This document shows, piece after piece, positions 10,103 through 20,089 of a stretch of DNA of 56,544 nt. The notes under the pieces were generated by a model. That model searched no databases, had not been told where the DNA came from, and saw nothing but the letters and a program-made list of their open reading frames with translations. This DNA is from a virus (lineage: Duplodnaviria > Caudoviricetes). Both the position numbers and the translations under genes were made by a program. The stretch covers positions 1 to 56,544 of IMG/VR virus record IMGVR_UViG_3300042987_000761. One strand, given 5' to 3'. The stretch's first letter is position 1. Every line of letters begins with the position of its first letter.

Positions 10103-10857
10103 TCCACAATAACTAGACCTGCACCGCCGTTAGATGTTGCTCCACCACCACCACCGGGAAATCCGCCTACGCCTCCATTAGCGGTAGCATGATAGCCACC
10201 ACCTCCGCCGTTGATGCCCGGTTGTTGGTACGCACCCCCACCGCCCACACCAATTAAATCAATACTAAAGAACCCATCGAGTCCGCTAGTGGAAAGATTA
10301 AATGGAACGCCACCGCTTGTAGTAATGGTGTAACCACTCCCACCACGACCGATCAATCCGCTTCCACCGTTTGCAGCCGAAGAATTACCAGCGCCGCCTC
10401 CAGACGCACCCGGACTACCAGAAACAGTAGTGGATGCACCATTGCCACCATTACCAAAAATATTTCCAACGCCCCCACCACCGTGCGAACTGCTCCCAGT
10501 GCCGCCTGAAGTATTTGTATCACCGCCTGAACCAGACCCACCGGTACTATTATTAGTACCTCCAGTAGCGCTGACATACGAGCCAAATGAAGATGTGCCG
10601 CCAGTAGATGAAGATGATGTACCACCTGCGCCGACCGTGACCGATACTGACGTTACCCCAGAGAGATCATAAATGGTTCTTATGGCAAATCCTCCGCCAC
10701 CACCAGCATATGCACCGCCACCCCACATACGCGCACGAACCTTACCTATACCAGTCGGCACTGCCCATGTTCCCGACGAAGGAAATACTTGCACGTTACC
10801 AGTGCCAAATACCCCAGTGACTGGGTTATTAATTTGACCTATTTGCGGAATTGACAT
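10096..10857 (-). CDS. Glycine-rich tail fibre-type protein
   Basis: SGTWAVPTG, WGGG, final GGAGLVIVEW of the glycine-rich phage domain. Confidence 0.8.
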   Translation of the reverse strand: MSIPQIGQINNPVTGVFGTGNVQVFPSSGTWAVPTGIGKVRARMWGGGAYAGGGGGFAIRTIYDLSGVTSVSVTVGAGGTSSSSTGGTSSFGSYVSATGGTNNSTGGSGSGGDTNTSGGTGSSSHGGGGVGNIFGNGGNGASTTVSGSPGASGGGAGNSSAANGGSGLIGRGGSGYTITTSGGVPFNLSTSGLDGFFSIDLIGVGGGGAYQQPGINGGGGGYHATANGGVGGFPGGGGGATSNGGAGLVIVEW

Positions 10858-12434
10858 TATTGTGCTCCTTGCAAATTAATTGCTCGACCGTTGATGGTTC
10901 CACGTTGCGCCCAATACGAATTGCTCTGGTAATCAAACGCATAACCAGTGGAAACACTTGGATAAGTAGACGGTAAAGCAATACCGCCGTTGGTATAAAT
11001 CAGACCCGAACTACCTGCCGCTGCTGTAGTTGCGCCGATACCGAGGAAGTAGTAACCGTTCGTTGGTGTATAAAATCCTGTGTTCGTCAGCGTTGTCGTG
11101 TTCTGAGTGTAAGTGGCTTGATTTATAGTAATGAATGCAGGTTTACTTGAGTTGAATGCTGCAAAGTATAGCGATCCATTTAACGCGTTGTAAAAGTTAT
11201 TGTATAAGTAGTTGCTCGGAGAAAAACCACTTATGTCACTCTGCGATGAAAGCGCAATTGCTGATGAATTAATAGAAGTAAATCTACTTACATTAAAAAG
11301 TCCTGTGTTGTTATTAAGAACAATCATATAAGCTGAGTTATTTTCAGCACCAACACAAACTTGAATTAAAGTGCTACTAAACCCATTCGCTACACCAGTG
11401 CTAATAATAGTTCCGTTATTAGAAATGGAAATTAACCGACCGTTAGAATTCGCAGTATTTCGGTTACTCATAATAAAACCACCATCATATGCCGCCATAT
11501 TAAACGACTCATTTGGTGAATTATTTATGCTTTGTCGCGCAAGTACTTCAGTTGCGCTGGCAGACATTATGGCATAACTAATATTGTTTGAAAAACTATT
11601 TACTCCAATCGCATAATTCCCATTTGACAGCCCCACAATACCATTGTCATATCCATTGCTAGAACTCGTCAAAGTAAGCTGCCCCAAATAGGCATTAGAG
11701 GAACTATATGATTGCCCATACACTTGCTGGTTACTGTTATTCCCAACAATACCAAAACCGCCGTTAACACCCGCAGCAATACTCATATAGTTTTGAGCGC
11801 TATTTAAAGTTCCAGATAGAGCAGTTTCAGAAGCAGTAACAGTCCCAGCGCTGTCAAAACGCTGGAAATAGGAAAGACTAGTACTTGTATAACAAACCAC
11901 AAAACCACCATCAGTCATAGCACTTATTCCAAGTGCAAGGTTTTGAACACCAGCACTCGTTTGGGTAGAAATTGTAGTGGCGGCTTTTACGGATGCTCCT
12001 GCATTAGTAAATACTGCTATCTTTAAATCGTTAGCTACTGAATCTCTAAAAACCAATGCTATATTTCCGTTGTTCAATACACAGGACTTAAGAGTGCTCG
12101 CATTGTTCGCAGAGACGTTCGTAAACGCTTGAAATATCGTATTTTGAGTGCGCGTGGTTCCTGTATAAGTCGCAGAGGCCGAATAAGGCCCAGACATGAC
12201 TGACGTTGGTGTAAATCCGGTTTGCACTGCACCGTTTACCCTAGTTCCGGCGATATAAGTACTAACCAGTCCAACGCCAATCGTCGAACCAAGATTTCCT
12301 ACTTGGTTATTGCCATAGGCATACACATAATCATTCGGGTTAAACCCAACATTCGTTGCCAACTGCGCCGTGACCAGTTGGTTAGGTGATGCATAACCAG
12401 TAGTTGGGGCGATTAAAGAAAGTGCTCGGCTCAT
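10857..12434 (-). CDS. Putative receptor-binding tail protein (Asn/Ser-rich beta-repeat)
   Basis: 525 aa; repeated LxNGNxA / GGFxV units; visibly AT-richer than its neighbours. Confidence 0.65.
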   Translation of the reverse strand: MSRALSLIAPTTGYASPNQLVTAQLATNVGFNPNDYVYAYGNNQVGNLGSTIGVGLVSTYIAGTRVNGAVQTGFTPTSVMSGPYSASATYTGTTRTQNTIFQAFTNVSANNASTLKSCVLNNGNIALVFRDSVANDLKIAVFTNAGASVKAATTISTQTSAGVQNLALGISAMTDGGFVVCYTSTSLSYFQRFDSAGTVTASETALSGTLNSAQNYMSIAAGVNGGFGIVGNNSNQQVYGQSYSSSNAYLGQLTLTSSSNGYDNGIVGLSNGNYAIGVNSFSNNISYAIMSASATEVLARQSINNSPNESFNMAAYDGGFIMSNRNTANSNGRLISISNNGTIISTGVANGFSSTLIQVCVGAENNSAYMIVLNNNTGLFNVSRFTSINSSAIALSSQSDISGFSPSNYLYNNFYNALNGSLYFAAFNSSKPAFITINQATYTQNTTTLTNTGFYTPTNGYYFLGIGATTAAAGSSGLIYTNGGIALPSTYPSVSTGYAFDYQSNSYWAQRGTINGRAINLQGAQ

Positions 12435-12438
12435 GTCT

Positions 12439-12750
12439 TTACTCCTCGTAACCGTAGACGTTGAAGTTTACGTTGGTCGTACTTGCATAGCCGACCACTA
12501 GTTTATTGGCGCTTGCCACTATACCGCCTCGCTCCAACACTCCATTCGGTGGGATGATGGCGTCGTACTCTAAATACTCTCCAGCGGCAGGTGTGCTGGT
12601 TGCACAAACCCCTAGTCGTACCGTTACTGGCGAACCGTTGGTATTGCAGATAGATACGTTGAACGTCGCCGTTTTTGCAGAAGGCACGGTGTACAGCGTC
12701 GTGTTCGTAACGGCACTTGGTGAAGATTGCCCTAATGTTCCAGTAGCCAT
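12439..12750 (-). CDS. Small tail-associated structural protein
   Basis: TTLYTVPS...SICN...YLEYD motif common in phage tail modules. Confidence 0.7.
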   Translation of the reverse strand: MATGTLGQSSPSAVTNTTLYTVPSAKTATFNVSICNTNGSPVTVRLGVCATSTPAAGEYLEYDAIIPPNGVLERGGIVASANKLVVGYASTTNVNFNVYGYEE

Positions 12751-12759
12751 GATTGCTCC

Positions 12760-13485
12760 TTAAAATTGTCCCATGAAATAAACTTTGGCTGAAGAAACGC
12801 TACCACCAGATGGAGTTGATGAAACCCATGTTGTGCCATTTGAAGTGAGTATGTTTCCATTTGCTCCCGGCGCTACAAAATTAACTGCGGAAGTGCCATT
12901 GCCTATAATCACATTGTTCGCGGTTAGTGAAGCAACACCAGTACCACCATTTGCTACACCCACAGTGCCAGTTAAACTAATGTCTGGTGTTGCACCGCCA
13001 GAAGACGCCAACGGAGATGAAGCCGTAACAGAAGTTACTGTGCCTGCATTAGTTGCTGCAATTGTGATTGAACCCGAACCATTCGTAATCGAAATTCCAG
13101 ACCCCGCAGTCAGCGTAGACTTGGTGAGTGTGCTGCCGGTGGAATTACCAATCATCAATTGGCCATCGGTATAGGTCGTTTGACCAGTACCGCCATTTGC
13201 TACTGCAAGTGTGCCAGCTAAGGTAATAGTTCCAGAGGTAGTGACAGGACCTCCAGAGGTCGTAAGCCCTGTCGTTCCACCACTAACATCAACTGAGGTA
13301 ACAGAGCCAGATGCCCCTGCTTTCGATGCGATAAGCTGAACAGAGCCGCCGCTGTCTTTGTAATACAGCTTGCCATCATTAATATTGATAGCCAATTCGC
13401 CATTAGCCAGATTACCTGCCGTTGGCGCGGCAGCAGCGGTGGTGCTGTAGTACAGCGAAATTGGTGTATAGCCTGCCTGTGCCAT
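12760..13485 (-). CDS. Tail fibre protein
   Basis: L.NGELAININDGKLYYK N-terminus; GTLAVANGGTG repeats. Confidence 0.75.
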   Translation of the reverse strand: MAQAGYTPISLYYSTTAAAAPTAGNLANGELAININDGKLYYKDSGGSVQLIASKAGASGSVTSVDVSGGTTGLTTSGGPVTTSGTITLAGTLAVANGGTGQTTYTDGQLMIGNSTGSTLTKSTLTAGSGISITNGSGSITIAATNAGTVTSVTASSPLASSGGATPDISLTGTVGVANGGTGVASLTANNVIIGNGTSAVNFVAPGANGNILTSNGTTWVSSTPSGGSVSSAKVYFMGQF

Positions 13486-15908
13486 TAGAAAGTACCTCCA
13501 AAGATGCCGCTAGTGGCGGTCACAGTTGTGAATGTTCCTGTAGAAGCTATTGTGCCGCCGATTATCGTTCCATCAATTGTGCCACCAGTAATTGCTACAT
13601 TGTTGGCATTTTGGGTAGCCATGCTGCCTAAACCGGTTATATCAGTACTTGGAATAGTCGTCGAGGCGGTCATGGCGCTCGTGCCATTGCCCTTGACATA
13701 CCCAGTCAAAGTGGTGGCTCCAGTACCGCCGTTGGCCACCGGCAGCGCCGTTCCAGACAAACTTACCGCCAAGGTGCCACTAGTCGTAATTGGGTTACCA
13801 CTGACCGATAAGAATGACGGAACCGTCATATCCACTGAGGTCACAGTGCCACCAAATGACGGCGTGGCATCAATCTGAATACCACCGGCAGTATTGGTAA
13901 TCGTGACGTTCGTTCCCGCCGTCAAAGTGCCAAGGGAAAACCCTGTTCCATTACCAATCGGCAACTGACCATTTGTTGGCGTTGCAGTCAACCCAGTACC
14001 ACCGTACCCAACCCCTATGGTGCTTCCATTCCACGTTCCTGCGGTCAGCGTACCCACACCAGTAATACCCGTGTAGGAACCCGTCATACGGCCTGTAGGC
14101 AGCGTTCCTGAGGTGATGTTGGATGCGTTAGTCGTATCGGTCGTCGCGGATGCTGCAAGCCCAGAAACCTGCCCAGAACTGATTGCAATTGACGTATTCG
14201 ATGCAGAGGTTACTTGCCCTTGAGCGTTAATGCCTAAGGTCAGCGTCTGCGATGCCGATCCATACGTTGCCGCAGTGACGCCAGTATTGGCAATATTAAA
14301 AGTGTAAGTAGGCGACTCGGAAAGTCCAGTGCCGGGCGAGTAAGTGATTGGTGCGTTGAACTGAACAAATGTCAGTGCAGTAGTGCCTACAACAATCGGC
14401 AATGGTGTCTGTTGTACCCAAGCGGTTGATGCAAGAGTGCCAGAGATCACCAAGAAATAATCGCCTTGGTCAATCTTATTTACGCCTGCGCCTGCGGTGT
14501 CAAAATCAGTCGCACGAGTGAGAATAAACGGGTTGGAACCATCACCAGCTTGCGTCACTACATACACACCGTTGTACGCAACGTTGCCAGCAGTCTCGTT
14601 CTTCACAAGTACGCGCTGGCCAGCGGTGGGTGACCCACCACCTAAAGACAATGCGCCGTTAGCATTCGCCGTAATTGTCGCGCCTACGCCGCCTGTACCA
14701 TTGTTGTAGGTGTAAGCAGGCAACGCAGCAGTCGAAGCAAAATTAACTGCCTGATGATAATTTAGACCAGCCGCAATGGAATCTGCGTAGTCTTTGTTAA
14801 CAATGTCCGTTGGGTTGGATGGCGTTGTCGATATTGTTCCCGATGTCATTGACACCGAAGTGAACGCACCCGTAGAAGGCGTCAAAGCACCAATAGCCGA
14901 GCCATTTATTGAAGAACCTGTTACTGCTACGCCAGCTACAGTCCCCCCAGTAATGGCTGCAGAATTTGCATTTTGAGTGGACAGTGTACCAAGCCCGGAT
15001 ATATCGGTGTTTGGAATCGTGGCACTCGCAGTCATTGCGGAGGTGCCGTTACCTTTTATATACCCAGTAAGACTGTTTGTACCAGTGCCGCCTGCCAACA
15101 CATTTAGAATACCACCTAACACTACCGCACCACCCGTTGGTGATGATGGAGTGAAACCTGTAGACCCCGCACTAAATGTCTGTACCGCTCCTGCGAGTGA
15201 GAATTGATTCCAACCACCTAATGCATAACCCTCAAATTGGGCAAGATCGGTATTGTATCGTATTTGTCCATCACCACCAACCCCTCGTTGGGCTGTGGTA
15301 CCAACTGGAACGGTGACTGCGGATGTACCCGGCAATATTGGGTTGGTGGCCAAAGCGACCGTGGGATTTCCGGAACCATTCCCGTTAGTAATTGATATTT
15401 GGTTAGTAGTGCCAACAATATTTATGCCAGTTACCGTCGTACCGCCAATTACGGCCAGAATACCCGTGCCACCCAAGTTAGCCAGCGACCCCACGGCGCC
15501 CGATAATGCGAGGGTCGGATTGCCGCCCGTTCCATCAGCATTTGAAATACTTAGCCCCGCTCCGGATACAGCAATCGATCTGGCTGCAACGGTGCTGCTG
15601 CTATTCTTTACTATGATACCACCTGCCGCATTGTTTAGACTGGCTGCAGTACCATCGAGGTCTATCCTGTAAAAGGAAAGAGGACCACCACTGGTCAGAG
15701 TAAGCCCTGAACCAGCCGAAAGATACTCAGAATTAGGCAGTGAAATTTCTTGGTTCTTTGTTAAGAATGTCTGTGTCTGGTTCGGAGATGCGGCAATTGC
15801 CCCAGTGGTCGTCTGGACCGTTTGACCATTTTGAACAATAGGTACGAGTTCCGTTCCGGTGATCGCACCGGCGGCTGGTAACTGCGTAATAGTTACTTGT
15901 GCGGACAT
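13485..15908 (-). CDS. Long tail fibre protein
   Basis: 807 aa; GTTAQR...IRYN, RVLVKNE...NGVYVV...LTRATDFD, ANGGTG repeats. Confidence 0.8.
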   Translation of the reverse strand: MSAQVTITQLPAAGAITGTELVPIVQNGQTVQTTTGAIAASPNQTQTFLTKNQEISLPNSEYLSAGSGLTLTSGGPLSFYRIDLDGTAASLNNAAGGIIVKNSSSTVAARSIAVSGAGLSISNADGTGGNPTLALSGAVGSLANLGGTGILAVIGGTTVTGINIVGTTNQISITNGNGSGNPTVALATNPILPGTSAVTVPVGTTAQRGVGGDGQIRYNTDLAQFEGYALGGWNQFSLAGAVQTFSAGSTGFTPSSPTGGAVVLGGILNVLAGGTGTNSLTGYIKGNGTSAMTASATIPNTDISGLGTLSTQNANSAAITGGTVAGVAVTGSSINGSAIGALTPSTGAFTSVSMTSGTISTTPSNPTDIVNKDYADSIAAGLNYHQAVNFASTAALPAYTYNNGTGGVGATITANANGALSLGGGSPTAGQRVLVKNETAGNVAYNGVYVVTQAGDGSNPFILTRATDFDTAGAGVNKIDQGDYFLVISGTLASTAWVQQTPLPIVVGTTALTFVQFNAPITYSPGTGLSESPTYTFNIANTGVTAATYGSASQTLTLGINAQGQVTSASNTSIAISSGQVSGLAASATTDTTNASNITSGTLPTGRMTGSYTGITGVGTLTAGTWNGSTIGVGYGGTGLTATPTNGQLPIGNGTGFSLGTLTAGTNVTITNTAGGIQIDATPSFGGTVTSVDMTVPSFLSVSGNPITTSGTLAVSLSGTALPVANGGTGATTLTGYVKGNGTSAMTASTTIPSTDITGLGSMATQNANNVAITGGTIDGTIIGGTIASTGTFTTVTATSGIFGGTF

Positions 15909-16268
15909 TTAATTACCCGATTCATTAGGTGGACTTGGTGCGATAGTATCTAAATTTCCGCTCTCTTCAGGCACTTGCGTGTTCTGTTCAGTGGAAATAT
16001 ACACAGTACCATATCCGGTGGTGATTAAATAGTCGTCATTGGTCGCAACACTCACATCTGGTCGTGGAAACCGCAGAGCGATCTTTTCAGTCTTTCTAGC
16101 TGGTAATCGATAAGGGTCAAACTGGTCTTTGCAGCCCTGATCACACACTCGAAGACCCGGAAAATTAGGGTCTGATTCTAACACCGCTAATGGACGCTTC
16201 ATCTTGCAACGGTCGCACACTCCAATCGCGATTGTCGAATACCCCGAAGTGTCAATGAATCGTGGCAT
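15909..16268 (-). CDS. Conserved Zn-binding virion-module protein
   Basis: CDRC...CDQGC.D...RFPRPD. Confidence 0.7.
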   Translation of the reverse strand: MPRFIDTSGYSTIAIGVCDRCKMKRPLAVLESDPNFPGLRVCDQGCKDQFDPYRLPARKTEKIALRFPRPDVSVATNDDYLITTGYGTVYISTEQNTQVPEESGNLDTIAPSPPNESGN

Positions 16269-16270
16269 GA

Positions 16271-17332
16271 CTACCTCGTATATACCGCGATATTTGGAGC
16301 AAAGTATATTGGCGATTTGTCGCGTTCTTCTTGTTCAGCTTGATATAGATATTCGTCAGCCTGACCCTTAAGCATCAATATCCGATCCATAGGGACTTGC
16401 GGTAATTCAAGACTCATTTGATGCGCGAGCATTGACTGAATAGCTAAAAACCATCTTTGAGGTATCTCAAGATCACCAGATAGTGCGCCCACGTCCTGAA
16501 TTTGTCTCGAATACCAAGCGACTATCTGCACGAATGCAGTAGAAGGCACCGGCCATAGGTTTAGAGATGGTCGTGGAATGGTTCTTTCAAAATAAAATTG
16601 ATATGGCTGGTTAGCTATGAAATTCTTGTTGGGTAACGAAGTATAGTCATCACGATTCAACCGAGCCATCGGAACTTCACGAGACATATTTCCGACATAG
16701 AATTCGCGCACATTCAGAGTGTTCCCACCAGTCTCACGCATTCTGTAATAGGTTACCGACGCACCGGGTTCTATTTCATACCAGAGCCATGTGTTGTTAA
16801 CCCACGTCGTAACCCCGCAGTCCTCAAGCAAGCTCCACGTGGAACCATCTTCGGACGTTTCTAAAAGTATATGAAAGCTGCCCGATACCCCCGGTAATAT
16901 TCCGATAGACCCTGAATATATTGGGTTTGTGGCCCCGAAATTTACCGCGATATTCCCGTTGGGTGATGACTGTATACATGCAGTATCAGTGTTACCATCG
17001 AAAGCATTCGCAGCCACGCCGGAAGACGCCGAATACGCGCCGGTGGGTCGGTTCATGGTCCGGTAAAGGACATTCAGCGCGTCGATCGAGCCTTCAGGAA
17101 GGTAATATCTTGCTTGTTCGGGTTTGGTGCCAAATATCTCGGTGCCAATCGCCCAGTATTGGATACCCCGATTAGCGAGGTTAGACAGCAAGAAGAATAA
17201 CGATTCTTTTGCCGATAATACTTGCTCTGATGTTAGTTCTTCGGCGAGTTTACCACACCGACGAGCGCCATGGTCGATGAGTGTTTGTACCGATATTTGA
17301 GTGGCTCCGACAGTGCCTGAAGTATTCATCAA
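16271..17332 (-). CDS. Head-tail connector/adaptor with inserted discoidin (F5/8-C-like) domain
   Basis: LANRGIQYW, RDDYTSLPNK, LWPVP, IPQRW; central NAFDGNTDT. Confidence 0.7.
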   Translation of the reverse strand: MMNTSGTVGATQISVQTLIDHGARRCGKLAEELTSEQVLSAKESLFFLLSNLANRGIQYWAIGTEIFGTKPEQARYYLPEGSIDALNVLYRTMNRPTGAYSASSGVAANAFDGNTDTACIQSSPNGNIAVNFGATNPIYSGSIGILPGVSGSFHILLETSEDGSTWSLLEDCGVTTWVNNTWLWYEIEPGASVTYYRMRETGGNTLNVREFYVGNMSREVPMARLNRDDYTSLPNKNFIANQPYQFYFERTIPRPSLNLWPVPSTAFVQIVAWYSRQIQDVGALSGDLEIPQRWFLAIQSMLAHQMSLELPQVPMDRILMLKGQADEYLYQAEQEERDKSPIYFAPNIAVYTR

Positions 17333-17881
17333 TTACCATCCCGGACAATTCCAACGCTTCATCGACGCTCTTGCACGAGAACCCTCATCCGACTTTTTAG
17401 CCACCGGACCCATACGAGCACAAAACGAATCCCGTCTTGGACCACCCTGAGGCTGCGGAGCTTTGAGGTTAGATCCCGTCTCGCGATTATACTTTGCTCT
17501 ACCCTTTTCCGTCAACCCTGCGCCGCGCTCGACGGGCATTTTCTCGCCTCGACCGATGGCAAGCGATACGTTCCCGCCTTTGGCCATCTTCGCGGTCTTC
17601 GCGGACTCTTTGAATGCCTTCTCGGTGGGTGCTCCGGCGGTACCGGGTTTGCGCATCTTCTCGCCCGATCCTTTGGCGATCCGCTCACGCTTAGCATTAA
17701 TATTCTCGTATAACCCACCCGAAGCCATCTTGTCCGGCAGCTTGCTATATGATTTTTTGCCGACATTGCTAGACGTGTATTCAGCCGCGACGTCCTGCGA
17801 AATACCAGTGCGCTTTGCCAGTTTAGGATTATGCTCCACCGCCTTCATAAAGCGGAATTGGGCTTTAGAGGTCGCTGGCAT
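17333..17881 (-). CDS. Basic virion-associated protein
   Basis: PATSKAQFRFM, GLYENINAKR, RRDSFCARM...RWNC; carries MASGG and MAKGG. Confidence 0.75.
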   Translation of the reverse strand: MPATSKAQFRFMKAVEHNPKLAKRTGISQDVAAEYTSSNVGKKSYSKLPDKMASGGLYENINAKRERIAKGSGEKMRKPGTAGAPTEKAFKESAKTAKMAKGGNVSLAIGRGEKMPVERGAGLTEKGRAKYNRETGSNLKAPQPQGGPRRDSFCARMGPVAKKSDEGSRARASMKRWNCPGW

Positions 17882-18466
17882 TTAGGCCACCTGAATCATC
17901 GCTGCAATGACTGAAGGGATCGCGGGGAAAGCTGGCGTAACACTAACTGGTAAATGCTCTAATGTTACCGTGGTCGATGTAGGTACCCAGTATATCTCAA
18001 CGTAATCGTTTGCATTAAGATCGAGCAAGAACGTCAACGCCACTACACCATAACCGAAAATTGATGCACTTTTTCTAGCGGGTATCGTATATTGGGTCGC
18101 AGAATTAGCAAGGTCTGCACCATTAATTCTTAGCCACACCGTCGCATCTTGCTGCGCATTGTCCACATTTTTGTACTGCGCACTAAATTGCAGATTGTAC
18201 TTTCCATCTGCAGGAACGGTTATACGACTACCACTTGCTAGAGTCACGCCATCCGACACATCAACTGTGTTGAAGGTAATCGCGACACCAGCGGAAACAT
18301 TTCCCGTCTGGTCGGTCGAATCGCTGAAAGCGCCATATGCAGCATCATATGCGCGGATAAAATCTAATGTGGCTTTAACGTTAGCGCCGCCTTGGACCAT
18401 CGGAATTAGTTCGGCACCAGTCAGTGTGGTGGCAGACGGCATTGCGGATATCTTCTGATCAGCCAT
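17882..18466 (-). CDS. Head fibre/decoration protein with C1q-like domain
   Basis: ITFNT...SRITVPADGKYNLQFSAQ, DYVEIYW. Confidence 0.65.
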   Translation of the reverse strand: MADQKISAMPSATTLTGAELIPMVQGGANVKATLDFIRAYDAAYGAFSDSTDQTGNVSAGVAITFNTVDVSDGVTLASGSRITVPADGKYNLQFSAQYKNVDNAQQDATVWLRINGADLANSATQYTIPARKSASIFGYGVVALTFLLDLNANDYVEIYWVPTSTTVTLEHLPVSVTPAFPAIPSVIAAMIQVA

Positions 18467-18705
18467 TATGAGGCCTCCAACACTATTTTATCATCGTTTT
18501 CTTGTAACACATACCCGGGCGATGTTTCATCCAGAATGTAGAATGTAGTTTCGGGTGTTGCGCCATAAACATCCACGACACCATCGTCACCAACGTCTAA
18601 TCCGAAATCAGTGCCACCTATGACATTCTGCGCACCAATACCAAGAGCAAACCCGTCTGAAGTGTTTGCTTGATTGGCAACGCCTGAATATCCGACTTTC
18701 CCCAT
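18466..18705 (-). CDS. Small structural protein
   Basis: 79 aa, translationally coupled to neighbours. Confidence 0.65.
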   Translation of the reverse strand: MGKVGYSGVANQANTSDGFALGIGAQNVIGGTDFGLDVGDDGVVDVYGATPETTFYILDETSPGYVLQENDDKIVLEAS

Positions 18706-19007
18706 CAGATACCAGCCTGAACGAGCTTCAGAGTCGCGGTACCTGACCCACTGTTCACCAAGACTTTAATACCGGTCACTGGAAACGCATAGTTGCCGTC
18801 GGCATTAGCGACCTCGCCAGCCACCGTCGGGTGCGAAAACCAAGTAGAGAATCCCACCGCCGGATCATCAAAGGTATGCTGTACTGTGTAATCGACAGTT
18901 CCATCTGCTATAACGCCAAATCCGACGTTAAACGGGGTGACGTTGGTATTCATCACCAATGCACTGCTACTACCAACACCAGTTTTAGATACGGTCTGAA
19001 CTTTCAT
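18705..19007 (-). CDS. Small structural protein
   Basis: 100 aa beta-rich, YTVQHTFDD. Confidence 0.7.
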   Translation of the reverse strand: MKVQTVSKTGVGSSSALVMNTNVTPFNVGFGVIADGTVDYTVQHTFDDPAVGFSTWFSHPTVAGEVANADGNYAFPVTGIKVLVNSGSGTATLKLVQAGI

Positions 19008-19020
19008 TTCAAAGCCCCAT

Positions 19021-19046
19021 AAAAAACGGGAGGCCGAAGCCCCCCG
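19021..19046 (-). terminator. Rho-independent terminator
   Basis: - strand GC stem with CUUCGG loop followed by U6. Confidence 0.75.
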
Positions 19047-19052
19047 CCGTGC

Positions 19053-19586
19053 TTAACAAGCCATACCACCGCGTACTTTACCGCCCTTACGGAATGTTCC
19101 GGCCAAACGGTCTATACTCACTGGAGCAGACTTCTTGCGTTCGGGCATTGCCACGGGAGCACCCGTCTTAACTTCTCCCCCCGTGGCGTAGGCTTTTTTT
19201 GCTGCACCACCATGCTTGTAACCGCCTTGACCGTTTACCACGCCGCCAGTCTTGTAGCCGCCCTGACCTTTTACTACGCCGCCCGTCTTTAGACCTTTAT
19301 GACCTTTCGAAGCTGGCATATCTGCATGCTTGCTAAGCTTCTTCTCGACGTTTGAAATAGCTTTCTTTTCCTTAGCATGCATTAATGGCGACTCCATCTC
19401 GCCACCGTCTTTCATGCGACCCGGTGTCAGGCCCGAAATCTTACGAGCGACAGCCGGAGGCATTGAACGCGGCATGCCGCCACTAGCCATTTTCTTCGGA
19501 TTAGCTACGGTGCCGCCATTTTTAAGCTTCAGAATCACGGAAGGTTCCGTGGTCATCATCTTTACCATCGGTTTAAACTCAGCCAT
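19053..19586 (-). CDS. Basic internal head protein with eight [FYML]xxGG repeats
   Basis: Lys/Gly-rich; LKNGG, MASGG, MKDGG, LKTGG, YKTGG, YKHGG, YATGG, FRKGG. Confidence 0.75.
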   Translation of the reverse strand: MAEFKPMVKMMTTEPSVILKLKNGGTVANPKKMASGGMPRSMPPAVARKISGLTPGRMKDGGEMESPLMHAKEKKAISNVEKKLSKHADMPASKGHKGLKTGGVVKGQGGYKTGGVVNGQGGYKHGGAAKKAYATGGEVKTGAPVAMPERKKSAPVSIDRLAGTFRKGGKVRGGMAC

Positions 19587-19597
19587 TTTAAGTCTCC

Positions 19598-20047
19598 TTA
19601 AACTTTTTGAGCATAGACGACGGTTAGACGAACGATCGCCTGAGTCGTAGAAATAGTACCATCCGGGTCTAGCGTAATTACTACTGACTGGTTGGTACTG
19701 ATGTCTGCCATTGCAGCAAGCTGCGCAGCAGTGAAGGTTAGAGCAATCCGACCGCCAGCGATAACGTCTGTCGAGGACACATACTGTGTACCTGCAGCAG
19801 CAGTTCCGATGGTCATTGCAATTGCGGTTGCTGTACCGCCACCCACTACCTCATTCTGGACCACATCGACGTAAAAATCGATAATCTGGGCCGAGGCTGG
19901 AAGGGTGAGAGTGGCGCTAGTAGCAGTACCCGCAGCTGCAGTGGTGACTGTAGTGGTTTGGCTTACAACTACAAAACCACCGTCCGTCGTGTCAGTCAGC
20001 GTACCCGAACCGGTTCTAAGAGTAGAACCAATATAGGTTTGAGCCAT
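19598..20047 (-). CDS. Capsid decoration / structural protein
   Basis: 149 aa Thr/Ala-rich, immediately after the major capsid gene. Confidence 0.7.
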   Translation of the reverse strand: MAQTYIGSTLRTGSGTLTDTTDGGFVVVSQTTTVTTAAAGTATSATLTLPASAQIIDFYVDVVQNEVVGGGTATAIAMTIGTAAAGTQYVSSTDVIAGGRIALTFTAAQLAAMADISTNQSVVITLDPDGTISTTQAIVRLTVVYAQKV

Positions 20048-20057
20048 TTTTATCTCC

Positions 20058-20084
20058 GAAAATAACGGGGGGACTAGCCCCCCA
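20058..20084 (-). terminator. Probable terminator after the major capsid gene
   Basis: GGGGGG-CUAGU-CCCCCC stem then GUUAUUUU. Confidence 0.6.
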
Positions 20085-20089
20085 TGAGA

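Noticed and set aside
12760-15908. Repeated ANGGTG-coding segments as a diversity-generating retroelement or invertible fibre system
   Set aside because: Ordinary fibre repeats; no reverse transcriptase, invertase or template/variable repeat pair seen
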